Shown here in pieces: positions 38,314-52,375 of a stretch of 64,000 nt of DNA. Numbering within the stretch: position 1 is the stretch's first letter; every line of letters begins with the position of its first letter. The notes beneath the pieces were generated by a model. That model was not told where the DNA came from. It ran no database searches and was given only the letters and a program-made list of their open reading frames with translations. The position numbers and the translations under genes were made by a program. The DNA is from Paramecium tetraurelia (lineage: Eukaryota): contig CT868319.1 of the NCBI GenBank assembly GCA_000165425.1, positions 310,001 to 374,000 of the forward strand. The letters run 5' to 3'.

Positions 38314-40966
38314 TCATGTATAATTCATCACACAATTCTTTAAACCTAATTCGGCTTACTTGATGATGGTTAGTATTCTCTTTTCTTAGAGGCTTAATTT
38401 TCTGGTTTTCCTTTATTTAAATGATGAAGATCTTTTAGGTTTGATTTGTGGTTCTTAAGGGAAATTATTAATTCTGATAGATCTCAATTTCTATATGCTT
38501 TCTTCAACTTCGATTTCTACTTCATCATTATTATCTATAGGCATAAATTGACTTTTGTGATATTGTTATTTATTATCTTATCTTGATAATGCTTTCATTA
38601 ATTAGGATTAGGAATGCTGTCTCATATTTTTAACTTAATTCATTCTGTTTCGTTTGGTTTGGAGAGGGGATGGAGAGCATATTTATTGAATCTGTTATTG
38701 TGGAACTTACAATGAAAAGATAGTTGATGGATCATTCTTCTATTTGACTACACCAAGAAATGGATTGTGTAAGATAGCCTTTCTGACTCGAGATAATTAC
38801 ATCTTTTTTTATTGCACTCTGCTTTCCTTTTCTTATTAGATTTATTTCAATTTAATGTCTGCATTGAGATTGATACTAAGGATGATTTCATCTACGTTTC
38901 CTTTTGTAATATAAAATTCAAACTATTTCACTTAATCAATTTCAAAATGTTCTGAGTCTATGAAATTATTATCTATTTTCTATTGTTAAGGTTTGAGTAT
39001 CATACTCTATCTACCTAATAAATGTAATTTCATTAATTTTTGATGTAATTTCTTCAATGCTCTCAGATGTGTTTGATCTCTTAAATATTTGTATGAGTGC
39101 TTGTGTTTAATCTTAAACCTAGGTTTAGGACAGAGTTATTTATGTGGTTCTAGAAATAGAACTTATTTGTCTATGATCAGATGTGCCATTGGACAATTCA
39201 AAGCCAAATGGAATTCCTGACAAATGTAACATCTAATATCAAGAACGGAATAGTCTTATTCAATTTCAAGGTAGTATTTGATTTGATGATACTTTTCTAG
39301 GTCGTTCTATAATTGTTTGATGATCATAAGGAATGGTTCCTTTTTTAGGACCAATAAATTAACAAAGTCTTCTGTTATGATGGTGGCACTTCTAGTTTGT
39401 TCTGAGAATAGACAGATTTCTCCGAATATTTCATCTTTGCCTAGATTAGCAATTCTGGTTTAGAAATACTTGACTTGGATTGAACCATTTACAATGCAAT
39501 ACATTTCATCTCCAATTGATCCTTATTCAAATATCATCTCCTCAGGACCAAATACTTTCTCTTATAATCTATAGGCAATATTGCTTAGTAGATCTTTGGA
39601 GAAGGTTTCAAAGAATGGTATTTTCTCAATGATTTTACTATTAATGAGACAGATGACTTCACTTTTAAGATTGGCTGATAGACTGTCAATAACGGTTGAT
39701 TCATGTTACTAAGATTTAGCATATGAGATCTATAACCATTCTAGATAACTAGTAACTCTTGATGCCAATGAGACATCTATCTTTTTCCTTTTTAAATAAC
39801 TCTTGATATTCTATTCTCTTTCAATAAACTTATCATATTGATTACTAAACAATTCCATCACAATATTAGTAGTATAACCAAACACTGCAGATGCTAACAA
39901 CATTAAGAATATTGCATAGATCATCTCCTGATAGGAATAGGCATGAACATCTCCATATCCCACAGTTATCATGGTAGTCATACTGTAATAGATGGATGTC
40001 ATGTATTTGACAGTCCAATCTTCATCTTGTATTTTATATTCTGCAGCCCAATTGGAATCTCCTCCATCTACAAATAGATTCCATACACAGGCACACCAAT
40101 GTGCTATACAGAGTATTAGTATTATTAGTTTCAACATCTAAGTGAATTAAAATAAGGATTCCATCACACTAATGTATTCTTCTATTCTCCCGAATATTTT
40201 CTTCAATTTTAAAGCTCTTAATAAACGAATTACTTTTATAAATTTTATGAACCTCAATAGTTTGATAACTTGGGCTTTACTTTGCATTTCAGGTGAATCA
40301 AAAATGATATCATATGGAAAGGAACTGATGACATCTATCCAAAACCACAATTTTAAATATTCTTTGACAATTACAATTCTATCTTAGACGAGATTGCCAT
40401 CAATATAGATTGCTGTATTAAATTGTAGGAGTATGTCAGCGTAGAAACATCCGTTGACAATCCAATCATATATAGAGATACCTTCATTGTTGATGTCAAA
40501 TGATAGCACTAAGGGTATTAAGAGCATTTGACTAAATATTAATATCATAATATATATGTTCCAGATGACTAATACAAAATCTGTAGGTAATCTTACTTTG
40601 ACTATCTTCTTGATAGTGTCCAGATTCTAGACAGTTTCAATCATTTTGGATTCTTCACTCTAATTTGGTGGTTGTTCTTATTATAGCAATTAGTCCTCTT
40701 GCTCAGGGAGATTCTGAATAAAATACTAATTGCGCATAAAGACTGAGTTGACAGTAGCTATGTAGTAGAGTCTCTTTCTTTATTGATAATGTTTGCGAGA
40801 TTCAATTCTTGAATTGTCAGCTAAGTCTTGCATTCACAACATTACCAATCATTTAACTCCATTCGGTTCTGATAGTTTCTGTATCTGCCTGTCCTTTACG
40901 TTTCATAATGGTTTTCAATTTAGAGAATAGATTCAGTTTAATATACTTTCCACTTTAATTATTCAT
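38314..40966 (-). CDS. EAG/CNG-type K+ channel with a cyclic-nucleotide-binding domain (~875 aa)
   Basis: S4 IRLLRALKLKK, pore TTMITVGYGD, CNBD FGPEEMIFEQG..IFGEICLFSEQTRSATI. A 25-nt intron at 40821-40845 restores the frame. Confidence 0.95.
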
Positions 40967-40990
40967 TAAATATAAAAATAAGTAATTAAA

Positions 40991-42058
40991 TCAAATAGGT
41001 TTGACTTTCTGTTTTTTATTTCCCAAGTAAAGTAAGCCCAGAGATATAAGGAGGAATATAAAAATGTCTAACACGACCAGAATACTAAAAATGTGTTATA
41101 TTTGATGTTCTGTGAAATCCAAGATAACGATCCTTTCAACATCCCTCACATTAAATACAATGATGAAATAGAGAAAAGCTGGCATGAAGTAGAATAGTTC
41201 AATACTCTTCATAATAAAGTTCTGGACCTAAAAGAATCCATTGCTCTATTTCCTAAAATATAAAAATGATAATTCAGGTGGTATGAATATTTAATGAGTT
41301 TTTAAAAACAATAACCTCTTTTATAACCGATTGATTTCTTTGGTTTACTATTGAAATTGATCTTCATCTGCTTGATTTCTCCTAATTAGGGAATTAGTAT
41401 CCCTCTCCAACACTCTAATCTTCACTTGAATGTCCTCAAACCACTTCATATAAGTCTCATAAACCATCTTTATAGACTTATCTTTTGTTTACTCCCCAAT
41501 ATTTAATAACTTATAAATTGATAAACCAAACAAAATCCTGGTTAAACAAAAACCACCAAATGATCCCCAACAAGACCATCTGTTGTCCAAACTGTAAACT
41601 ATACATTGTAAAAATGTGATTCCAAAGCACATGACTCGAAATACGATGTTCAAGAATATATAGAAATTGAATGCCAATCTATAAATTCTTTTTGAATTCA
41701 ACAACTATATCAGAATAGCTGATGTATCCAAATTGAATTTCTGTTTCTCCAACTTCCTCTTTGGTCTTGTTCTTTGCAGAATCACATCGAACCGATTGTG
41801 GGGTTGTCTATTATTAAGGTTCTGAATTAATTCTGGTTATTCCAAAATAAGCGATTGATCAGATTCTTCTGATTTATCACTCTCCCTAACCAAGTAAGAA
41901 CTATCTTGAACTGTACTTCTCTGCAAATTATTCCCAATTTGAATTGTACATTAATTCCTACTCAAATGATCTGAGTCATCCTCTATAAGAGATTTAAAGA
42001 GGTCGCTTCCATCATCGTCGAAGTCCTTGAAACTAGAACACGACTCCTCCAAATCCAT
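40991..42058 (-). CDS. Hypothetical membrane protein with an acidic N-terminus
   Basis: MDLEESCSSFKDFDDDGSD...ILVVLDIFIFLLISLGLLYLGNKKQKVKPI-TGA; span is 1068 nt. Confidence 0.6.
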
Positions 42059-42137
42059 TTTAATAATATTTATTATGCATTCATTTAGATATATTTAACT
42101 TATTCTATACAAATTTATATATTCTAATTTTTATCAT

Positions 42138-42960
42138 ATGGATACTACCGACACATTGAAACATGCCTTCCTTGAATTCATCAACAAACTCAATCCTCTC
42201 TTGCCAGATTAATTGCTTTCTATCGTCTCAGACTTTAAAGAACAACTCTGGTCCAAAACTCCTACTGATCTCTATGAATTCGTTTAGCAAATCCCAGAAC
42301 TCAAAAAAAGTAACTCCTCTTGCAACACATCTCCTGAACCACTCCTCAATAAAGTGCCATCCCATGGTTATAATCCTCTTTCAGTCTGTTCATAAAAGGA
42401 GTCCGATGACAAAAGTTAAAGTTCATATTCAGCTGAAAAATATTAATAATTGAAAATAGGTATTATGTCATTAAATCTTATGTAGAGATCAATAAAAATT
42501 TCTTTCTTAAACCTACTACAAAGTTCAACTCTAATACCTAAAATAAAAGCTCCAAAAATGTGGACATAGAAGCTAAAGTACAAAGAGAAAATATCAAATG
42601 TATAAATATACACAATTTCATCAATAGTGGTTGAAACTCTTAAGGATATGCCAAAGCTGAAGAGAATCTGCTTTGCTGAAAGAACAGGTCTCTTAAATTA
42701 AGTTTCAGAAGCATTGCATCAATTTAAAAAAGATGGCATTACCATTAATACGGTATATGAGAAAAGCACTGAAATTAGCACTCCTCAAACTCCAATTGAT
42801 ACCAGAACAGGTCTCCAATAATGCTATTATGTAAAATAATAAGATTAATAATAGTTTTAACCATTTCCACAGTAACCAGTATGTCAATTCAAAGGATATA
42901 GTGTGCATTCTAAGAGAGGATTCATGCAACCAATTCAATTTGACATGCAGTTCTAATTGA
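42138..42960 (+). CDS. Hypothetical protein
   Basis: MDTTDTLKHAFLEFINKLNP code-6 frame with a probable intron near 42420-42460; TGA at 42958. Confidence 0.55.
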
Positions 42961-43034
42961 TGCAACAGCAATTTTAAAATTAATTAATTTATAAGAAACT
43001 ATACTTTTGAATAAATCATATATATATATAATTG

Positions 43035-45230
43035 TCATTTCTCTCTTTATTTCCTGGATTGTCTTGCCAATATAATAAAAGTTAAGTTATATAGGATCAA
43101 TTCTACTAATTTTAATGGAAAACTGTTTAACAATGCAATCTAGTCTTCAATCATTTCATTCGTGTTGACAATTGATTGTTTATAGTTTAGGATCCGCCAT
43201 GAATCTAGAAGTAGATTAGATACGGATGAAATAATCAAGGCTCCAATTATTTTATGTCTATTTTAATTAAGTTTATTAAAAAACAAAGAGGCAATTCCTA
43301 TAATTTAGCATCCAAAACTACCAATAAAAACAGAAAATAACGATGGTCCAATATCAAACTCTTAGGTGAGTATTATCATTGAGTTCATATTTACTTATTA
43401 ATGACCTTTGAACACTTAATGATCAATTTTTATGGGATTAATTGCATTATAAATGATCTTAGATATTAGTATATTCTATCCGACATCTGTGAATTGCAAT
43501 AACAGAAATTATAAAGCAAATTGTATAAAACTCTTGGAGTAATTGAGCTAGAATATCACAGTAACATCAGACAATATAAAGAGTATTGTCAAGTATAAGG
43601 CCTTCACTTTTCCTTGATTGAAAAATCTTGGATCTATAACACAAAGTAAGATGATAACAGATATCAGAATAAACAAGAGGAACCTTTTGAATTCGAATTC
43701 ACTTTGACCCAATAGGAAAAATACATAGACTGTAAGTTATGACAAAATTACCAATAAGAATAACAAAGATATTTTCCACTTTGTGAAGGTTTAGCCTGAA
43801 CAATTGTAGGTATGATATTTGATTGCTAAAATGAGTAAGAATTATATTTCAATTGATAAGAGGATCTCAGGGATATAACCCATATCATGAAGCTAAATGA
43901 ACACCAAGAAAGCCACTATTTTGAGAAGCTATTTCATATTATATTCTTTCTTAAGGATCACTAAGACCAACAATCCTAGGATCATAATCTAAGCATTAAA
44001 GAATCCACTTGATACAATGATCATGATTTCTTGATATCCCCAGAAACTTCTAATTGAGTATATACTAAAAAGTAATAACATTAATCCAATTATAAAAGAT
44101 TCTTTTCTTGGAACACCAATTTATAAGTTCCTTTAAACATGAGTAATTACTTCATCAGCAGGCACTTTTTTTAATTCTTCAATGAATGTGGATGATACTT
44201 TGTATCCTTGAGTCTCCAGATATTTGAGCACTTAATTTTTGATCATTTCTTAATCATTTTAGATTTCTGTTCTATTGGCTGTATTTGGATAAAATTAAGG
44301 TATTATCTTTCCTAGATTTTAACTGGTTGGTTAATATCCTAAGAGGGAAGCAATGGTAGCTGATAAATCAGTGGGTTCATAAACTTCATAGATTTTATCA
44401 TCTTACAAAAGTTCATTGAATGAGAATGCAAAAATAAAGCCTTCACATTCAAATGATTCTTAAGAACATTGATAATGTTTTCCTCTCCTACTTTGATCAT
44501 GATCACCAATCACAATCAAAAGTTGATTCTCCTTTAGATTATTAACCACCCCTTCCAACATAGTATTAAACATTCTTAACAATTATATACCTTTATCGTA
44601 ATCTTAATATTGTAGGGCATGTCCAAGCGCATCGAATCCCATCATATGAACCACATACAACTAGTAATCTGGCTGAGCTTATGAGAAAGATTACTTAAAG
44701 AATTAATAGGATGAGAGGTCTGCTATTTAGATGTTTTCTAAATTAAAAAACTACGGATTTTCAATATAAGTGAACTCTCCTGAAGTCATTCGCAGCCAGT
44801 CTTGTTTCTTACTTGAATACAGAGCTGATTTAAATTGTTTTCTGAGTAGGGAATCTTCGTAAGGTGCTGGATAAGACTTGAATATCACATCCAAATTGTT
44901 TTACATCTGTTTGATTCCATTAATTATACTCAAAATAGTAAAGTCAGTTGAAGGTGGGACAGCCTTAGTTTTCTGAAGGAAGGTATGTTGAGGATATATC
45001 TCTCTCAATCCCTTCAATAAAGTAATCGTTTAGAATATCTCATGATCCTTTCCTTCATTCATTATGTATCGATAACCTGTGGCATCCAAAAAGAACAATA
45101 CTACTTGATCATATATTGGTTTTCGAAATGCAACAATTTCATTGATATCTCTAATTGGAGTCCTGAACCAAAATGTTGAGAAGATAATTAAGAAGCATCC
45201 TATCACACTTAAAATAAATTACGAATACAT
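43035..45230 (-). CDS. GPI ethanolamine-phosphate transferase-like protein (PIG-O/PIG-G family, divergent, ~731 aa)
   Basis: N-terminal transmembrane segment, YDQVVLFFLDATGY, PPST, VVHMMGFDALGH and LLIVIGDH (alkaline-phosphatase superfamily), followed by a multi-pass hydrophobic C-terminus. Confidence 0.8.
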
Positions 45231-46450
45231 ATTGATTAAAATCTGCATTCATTTAGTTAGTATAAAATCACCTCACAATCTCGATCTCATTATTACATTC
45301 TCAGCCAAATACTTATTAAATCAAGTGTGAAGTTCACCTTCAAGTCCTTCTATTCACTCTTCCTCATTTCTTCTTTATTTCAAACTACACAATCATCAAT
45401 GTTTCTCTCCTCAATAATCTTCTGTTATTCACCTTCTTCTTAACCATCTTTTACACCTCGTCACTTAGCCTTCAAACAAGCATTTCAATAAATTTCCTCC
45501 TTTCCAAAGAGTTTGATTTAATATAATGCTCATTTTAATGCTTCCTTATAATAACCTCTTTCTCAACATAAGGCTTAAAAGATAAATATCTCATGCCCTA
45601 ATTGTTTTCTATTGGCTTCATCGATTTGTAACAACTAAGCTGCAAAATAGCAATTCTCTGTACCAAGTGCTTAATTGACAAGAGCCATCTTTGATATGAA
45701 TAACTAAACACTTTCTCCTGACAGCTAGTACTCAAAGTTTTCTAGAGATGTAATATAGAATTATTTAATTGACGAATAAATTCCACTAATTCAACAGGAA
45801 AATGAATAAGTTAATATATATTTCTATATTCTCATATCAATTTTATTATGGCTTACTTTTTGGTTGTTTAAAGTAACTAAAGGATAGTTCTTAATTTTAA
45901 TACCCTATCTACAATTTTCAATCTCCCTTAATAAAAACTATAACTATTTAATGGAAAAATTTTGGTTGCTTACATAAGAAGCAATATATTAATTATTTAT
46001 CATTATTCAAGAATTAAAGATTTATAATAGAATGATTTCATCTAAAAAATGATGCGAATTAATCAAAATATAAAATTAAGTTGGCTTGTCGAATTATTGG
46101 TTTATATTTAGGAATTTAATAAGAAGGAGAACAATTTGATGGTTTTGAATATTTTAGATATTTTAAAAACTTGGTTCAAGAATTCTATTAGAATGTAATA
46201 GAATACATTTTCAAACACTTTATACTTTCAACCAAACTTAATTAGAAGTAAATTAAGTAATAATATTCTGTTGATTTCTTATTATTATGTTATATAATTA
46301 AAGATTAATAATAATTCTATTCTAATCGGAAGAATATTAGAATAGTTTAATTTCTTATAAATCAAGAAAAGATGACTGAATTTAATTTACCAATGGATTA
46401 AATTAGACTCAAAAATAACAAATTAAATTAGCTCTACAGTTATAATAAAT

Positions 46451-49151
46451 TCAGTTTTCTGGAGAACTGTTTTCTGTTTAACTTAATTCACATTATTACA
46501 AATTATCAGTAAATAAAACACCATTTTCATTTCTTCTTATCCACGGGGCTTCAGGTCTACATTCAATCGATTATGCCTAAGATGATAATAGAAGTAATTA
46601 CGCTTAAAGATTAGATTATTTTGAAATCAAACTAAGGAGTCATGTCTTTGATTTATGGAATAGGCAATGAGAAATAAGGATAAATTGTATATTATGTTGA
46701 GATAAAGGGTTATAATTTAATTGTATCTGCTAACATAATTTCTATTCCTTATGGATTATCTGCTAATTAAAATTCTGTTTAATCAATTAAGAGATTCCTA
46801 ATAGTTAATAAGACATGCTTCTATTCTGAAATTTTAATTAATTATTCTAGTTGAGTATGAGAATATTTAAACTTCTTCAACATCATCCAACAAAACATAA
46901 TATTGTAATTTGTTATGTAAATCAATGTGTCTGACTTAGTCTACTAAATACACCTTTCAAATTCTTAGATGGCTTCTTGGTATTTCTGTAGATACAAATA
47001 GCAAACACCCTTGTATTAATGAAGGTATTATTTATTAAAGAAAAATGAGGACTGAGGATCAATCTTCTTTTGTAAGGTTAAGATAGCTGAATCGTACTCA
47101 AATTTTAGGATATGCTAATAAGCAAGTATCATATTTTAGTCAAATTATTTGTCTCTGATAAACTCTTTGATTTCATCTCCATCAAATTACTCTAATTAAA
47201 ATAAACAACTCGCCATCTGCTATTGATGTTCAAGCGTTGGGTTGGGCTCTTATTTATAAGTCTTATAGGCCTCTTCATACATCTTGCTATTGTATAACAG
47301 ATTGCCAGCACTCAAAAAGTCATCTACGAACTAGATATAGCTGTTCATATCATCAAAAGCAGATTGCATTTCTCCCAAATAGGAATAGCATTTTGATCTT
47401 TGCAAATAGGCTTTTTGATATTGTTCATCAATTCCTAGACAGACTGAAAAGTCTTGGACTGCATTTAAGATATCGCCATTCAATGCCAAGATTAATCCCT
47501 TCAAATAATAATGATCTGCCAGATTTTCATCTGCCTTTTCAATAGTTGTTAATATTTCTTTATAGGCATCCTCAATATTGTCCATCAACATGTATGCTAA
47601 TGATTTTAAATACATCAATTAGGAGTTGTTCTGATTATATTATTATGCTCTGATTAAGCATTGCAATGAATTATTGACATAATCAGAATTCTCCTATTTT
47701 AATCCTTCTTTTATTAATAGGATTGCTTTATACATATTTGGGTCAATCTAATTGTAACTTAAGGCCTAATCAAATTTAGAATAGGCAATTTCAAATGAGT
47801 TAAAATTAATGATGCCTTCACATATAATTTGATTATATGGTAAGGACTTATTCTTTCTGAAATCTTTCAAAGCCTCTTCAAAATTGTTCAACATCATATT
47901 CAAATATCCCAAATAGGAATGATAGATCTCCTGGATGAGAATTGGGATTTCAAGTTATTCTAATTTTTTGAATGCTTCACTTGCTTAGGTATAATTCTTT
48001 TTCATTAAGCACACTACAGCTTCAGAGAATTAGATATAGGGTTACAACTATTATTTGTCGACATCCAAATATTCAGTCCTCAAGAGAGTATGATATAAGG
48101 AATAATAGTCTTTAGATTCTATTTTAAATTTGCTAATTTCTATCATGGCTTTGGAGACTGCATTTCTAGAATTGTTATTTTAAATGGCTTATTCATAGTA
48201 CAATTAGCTTTCTTGTTTTTCACCAAGTTTGTACAATATTTGTCCCTTCAATTTGTTTGCTTCAGATGATAATTCATCTTGACTTAAATACTAATTAACA
48301 GAATAAAATACCTAATCAATCATCTATAAGGCCTACTGATAATTGGCCATTTCATAAAGACATATTGACATTTTGAGAATGTTCAATTTGGATTTGTCGC
48401 TTGTATCAAATTGCAATGCTATCTAGTAATTTTTGATTGCTAAATCCAAATTATTTTAGAGTCTCTGACAATCTCCAAGATAATGATATCCAGTCGACCT
48501 TTTTGAATTTATTCTGACGGCTTATTTCAAAGTTGACTCACAATCCTAGAATCTCCTTAATTTAAGTTCCAATTTGCCTTTGAATATCAATGCGTCATAA
48601 CATTGAGGATAAAACTGTAAACATTCATCTAACTATTATGACAATAGAATTAATACAGTTCTTATTGACCATTCCAATTGCATTATCTTTTTGTAACCAA
48701 GTGCAAGTATAATATATACATTTTTATTGTAATTTGGCTATTGTTCTTTAACAAACTTGAGTTCCTTGATGCATTTTTCATATTAATTTTAAGAGAAATG
48801 ACATACTCCCAACATATACCGACTTGGCACATGTAGAGAATCTATCAATATGCATTCATTATAGTATTTAATGGCTTCAATCAAATTCTTCTCCCTGAAT
48901 GCATTTTAACCCTATAACGGCAATAGAAATATCAATACATATTAAAAATGTGCGATGAGATTACCCATAAAGTCATTAGCCTTGGAACCTCTCAATACGC
49001 TCCCAGAATTTTTGAACTTTAGGTTGGAATTCCTTCTCTTTTAAAATTCATAATCAAAGCTTGTGTTTCGAGATGTTCTTATATTAATTGAATCATTGAA
49101 GATGCTGTACTTTTTGTAATTCTTTGGACTTAATCTAGGTTATACACTCAT
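46451..49151 (-). CDS. Tetratricopeptide-repeat protein
   Basis: Repeated TPR patterns (HYYLKGLILALNGDILNAVQDFSVCL, YLQRSKCYSYLGEMQSAFDDM). Ends RPEAPWIRR...PEN-TGA. Tiny introns present. Confidence 0.85.
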
Positions 49152-49699
49152 TGTTATATAAATAAAATTATAACTAAAAACTAATCATTATCTAATTAGA
49201 TAAGAAGCAAACTCCTTTTTTGTCATTAATCTTTAGTTCGAATCCTTATGATCATTAAATTGTCGTGACTCTCTATTCTATAGAATTAGTATTCTATACT
49301 TAGGCCTTTATATAATCATTGTGCGTTTTACTTATTCCAAGGTAGATGGTAGGATTATTATTATGGAATATCACATTTCTGTTTGATCAGCTATTATCAA
49401 TACTACAGGCTAATGATTATTTATGCAAATGCAATTAAATTTCATAATCTTTAGATTTCTTTGGTTTCTTGCAAGTTTTTTGTTATTAATAGTAACTACA
49501 TAATTTATTATTTTAGTTTTGCAGTCCCTTAATTAACAACTAATTAGAAATAAAGTAAAATTGTTGTGAGAGAATTATTTACTCTAAATATAATTATATA
49601 ATTTGTTATTCAAATGTGAGGGTCCATCTTACAGTAATGTGTTGAATTCAAATTCTATGAGACAGAGGATTTTATTTCCATAAAAAATTTCTTAATCTT

Positions 49700-50042
49700 A
49701 TTACAACCGTTCAATATTTTATATGAACATCGCTTGACTAGTGGATTTTCTTTTTTCTAATCTGATTCTTCTTTGTTACTCTTCTTCTTCTTCTATTTCT
49801 TCCTTCTAAATTCTGCCCAAATTGCCTTGGCCGATGAGTAATTAATACCTATTGAATTGGCAGCCTAATATAATAAATATCAATAGCACCGCTTTGATAG
49901 ATTACTTCTCAGAAACCACAGCTTTTAAAAACAAATCCTTAATAGATTCTGTCATCTTTAGATATTTCTTTTAAGCTAGGCGAGGATCAAACTTTAACAT
50001 CTCCTTCTCCACCTATTATTTGATGTCATCCAAGATTTTCAT
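49700..50042 (-). CDS. Small hypothetical protein
   Basis: MKILDDIKQQVEKEMLKFDPRLAQKKYLKMTESIKDLFLK, with probable tiny introns. The end is approximate. Confidence 0.4.
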
Positions 50043-50149
50043 TTTCTGTATTTTTTATATATATAAATATAAAAAATTGGAGGATATATCAATAGAAATA
50101 TATTAAGAGTCATTAATAGTTGACAGTATTAATATTTGATATACAATAT

Positions 50150-51960
50150 AAGACATAGGGATTTAAAGCTAACACATATAAGGTGATGTTGATTACCTAA
50201 GGGATTTAGTATGAGTATATAATATGGCTTAAACTTACTTATTCTTTTAAATGATAATTGTGTTTTGTGAATTGAAAAATAATATATGAATTATTTATAA
50301 TTATAATGTGTGATTCCTAATGGGGATAGCTGAACGGGTAATTTATTATAGTTGTTCGAAATCAACAACATGTAGAGGCCTTAATGAAAAGTGAATCGCA
50401 GTTACTCATAAGTCTAATCAAAAATGTACAAAATTATTCTCGACCTTTAGCATATTCCCGTTGTTTTTAAAGAGGATGTACATATGTTTGAGCATGCAAT
50501 TGAGATAATATTGGATTACTTCAATCAACCAATAGAAATCATTGAAACTAATATTTTAAGTTTTTAAACATTAATCCAGAAATCGATTTACCTAAGACCT
50601 ATTCCAAAATTGAGGAAGCTTAGAAAAAACAGAGAAACAAGTTCGACTGAGAGGGTAAAGAAACCCAATGGATATGATCGAATGTTTGCTATAATGAATA
50701 TAGAAAAGAAACCAGAATAGGTTAAAAAGGATGAAATCTACGTTTTTAAGGATTTGTCCAAATGTGTTGATCCTTAGGTAATAAAGGGATTCAATAATGA
50801 CTATGATTTCGGAGTGTTTATTGTGATATATGAAAAATTGGGGTTAAGTCACATTGATCTATTGAACGAGGTAGTTAAATTGTACATTTAAGAGAGGAAC
50901 TCAAAAACATTATCGTATTTAAGTTTATGGTTGGATTATCGATAAGTAGATTTGATTAATGATAATAGTGTGTTCTGCACAATATTTTAGCAATTTTTGA
51001 ATCTGGTTGAACTCATTGCTACTGCTAAATAACAATAGCAGGATGAATTACAAATGAAGATAACAAATATTTTAAATGGAAAAAAGAACATTCTTACTAC
51101 AACTTTGAATACCCCCTCCCCTACTCTGCTATAAAGGAAATAGAGTTTTGACCATCCACAAAAGAGTAAAAAGTTTAGAAATTTATCAATGCAAATATCA
51201 AATTAATCAATAATTTAGAACATATCCTCTGAGTTTGATGGGAATTATTTCTATCTAAATTGTAATATTGAAATTCTCTAAAAATAATTTTGGATTATTG
51301 ATATTGAACAATTCTCTAAGATAAGTATCACAGCTATGCTTAACTAAAATCATTTAATCAAGTATTGTCAGTAATAATTTACAGGAATCATGAAATTAGC
51401 GATTATTTTGATTATCTTTTATTCCATATGATTTTTAGTACAATCATTAGCACAAAGGACGAGAAATTTATACTCATATCAAAGTTTATCACCTTGTATC
51501 AACTCTCAAAAGAGGCTAAACATTACCAAATGCTGCATGTTGTCTTCACTTATTTTAATCACTACATTATTCAATCAATTTTAAAGTCTATTTATGCTTT
51601 GAATCCTCTTCAACAGATAATTCTTCAAGAGATTTTAGAAAAAGAACAGTTTCGAACTTTGATTCCAATAGATATCAATGATAGACAAGGTATTATTCCA
51701 TGTTTCAGCCTCATTCAATTCTATGTTTATAAATTTTAAGATATCAAAGATCAACAACCTAATAGATTAATTTTACTAGCTTAATAGCTATTCTAGATTG
51801 TTCATCTACAAGTCCTTACTACTAAATTGAATGGATCCTAAGCTAATTACAAAGATGACTATATATGTAAATATTTGAAAAGTGGCCTAAAAAAATAACT
51901 TTTCAGCTATTTTGGATGTAATAAATCAAATATTGAGATTGAGATATTCAAATTTTATAA
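50150..51960 (+). CDS. Hypothetical protein, possibly a divergent RasGEF-like domain
   Basis: Long code-6 frame containing YLSLWLDY, LDIDIEQFSK and GIIPCFSL, loosely resembling RasGEF-N/CDC25 segments. Boundaries are approximate. Confidence 0.4.
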
Positions 51961-52375
51961 TAATGCTTGAATATATATTTGATATATATGTTTATATAAA
52001 TCATGATTTTTAACCTGTGTATTTGATCTCTCTAATTTATAAAAACAATAATCATATATATGCACCTTGGGTTGATTTTGGATTTGATTCATTTCAATAA
52101 TCGTATTACTCTTTTTAAGAGTTGACATCGCCTTATTTATGAGGAAGCTAAGGAAAACGATACAAATCATATGAAAACTCCTCTAAAATCTTTACATCAA
52201 ATAAGCCTAAATTGATTATCTAGCCTCCATCATAATTATCCTATCCTGGGTCTTCAAGCTAGGTTTTAATGCCTTTATTTTCCATCTAATTATAACAATT
52301 TATATACTGAATTATGTTTATATGTTTTAATATATGAATTATTGGATAGAAATTTATATAATTAATAAATATATA

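Noticed and set aside
45330..46400. Possible gene between the PIG-O-like and TPR genes
   Set aside because: A plus-strand frame is open from ~45400, but strand, start and end could not be fixed with confidence.
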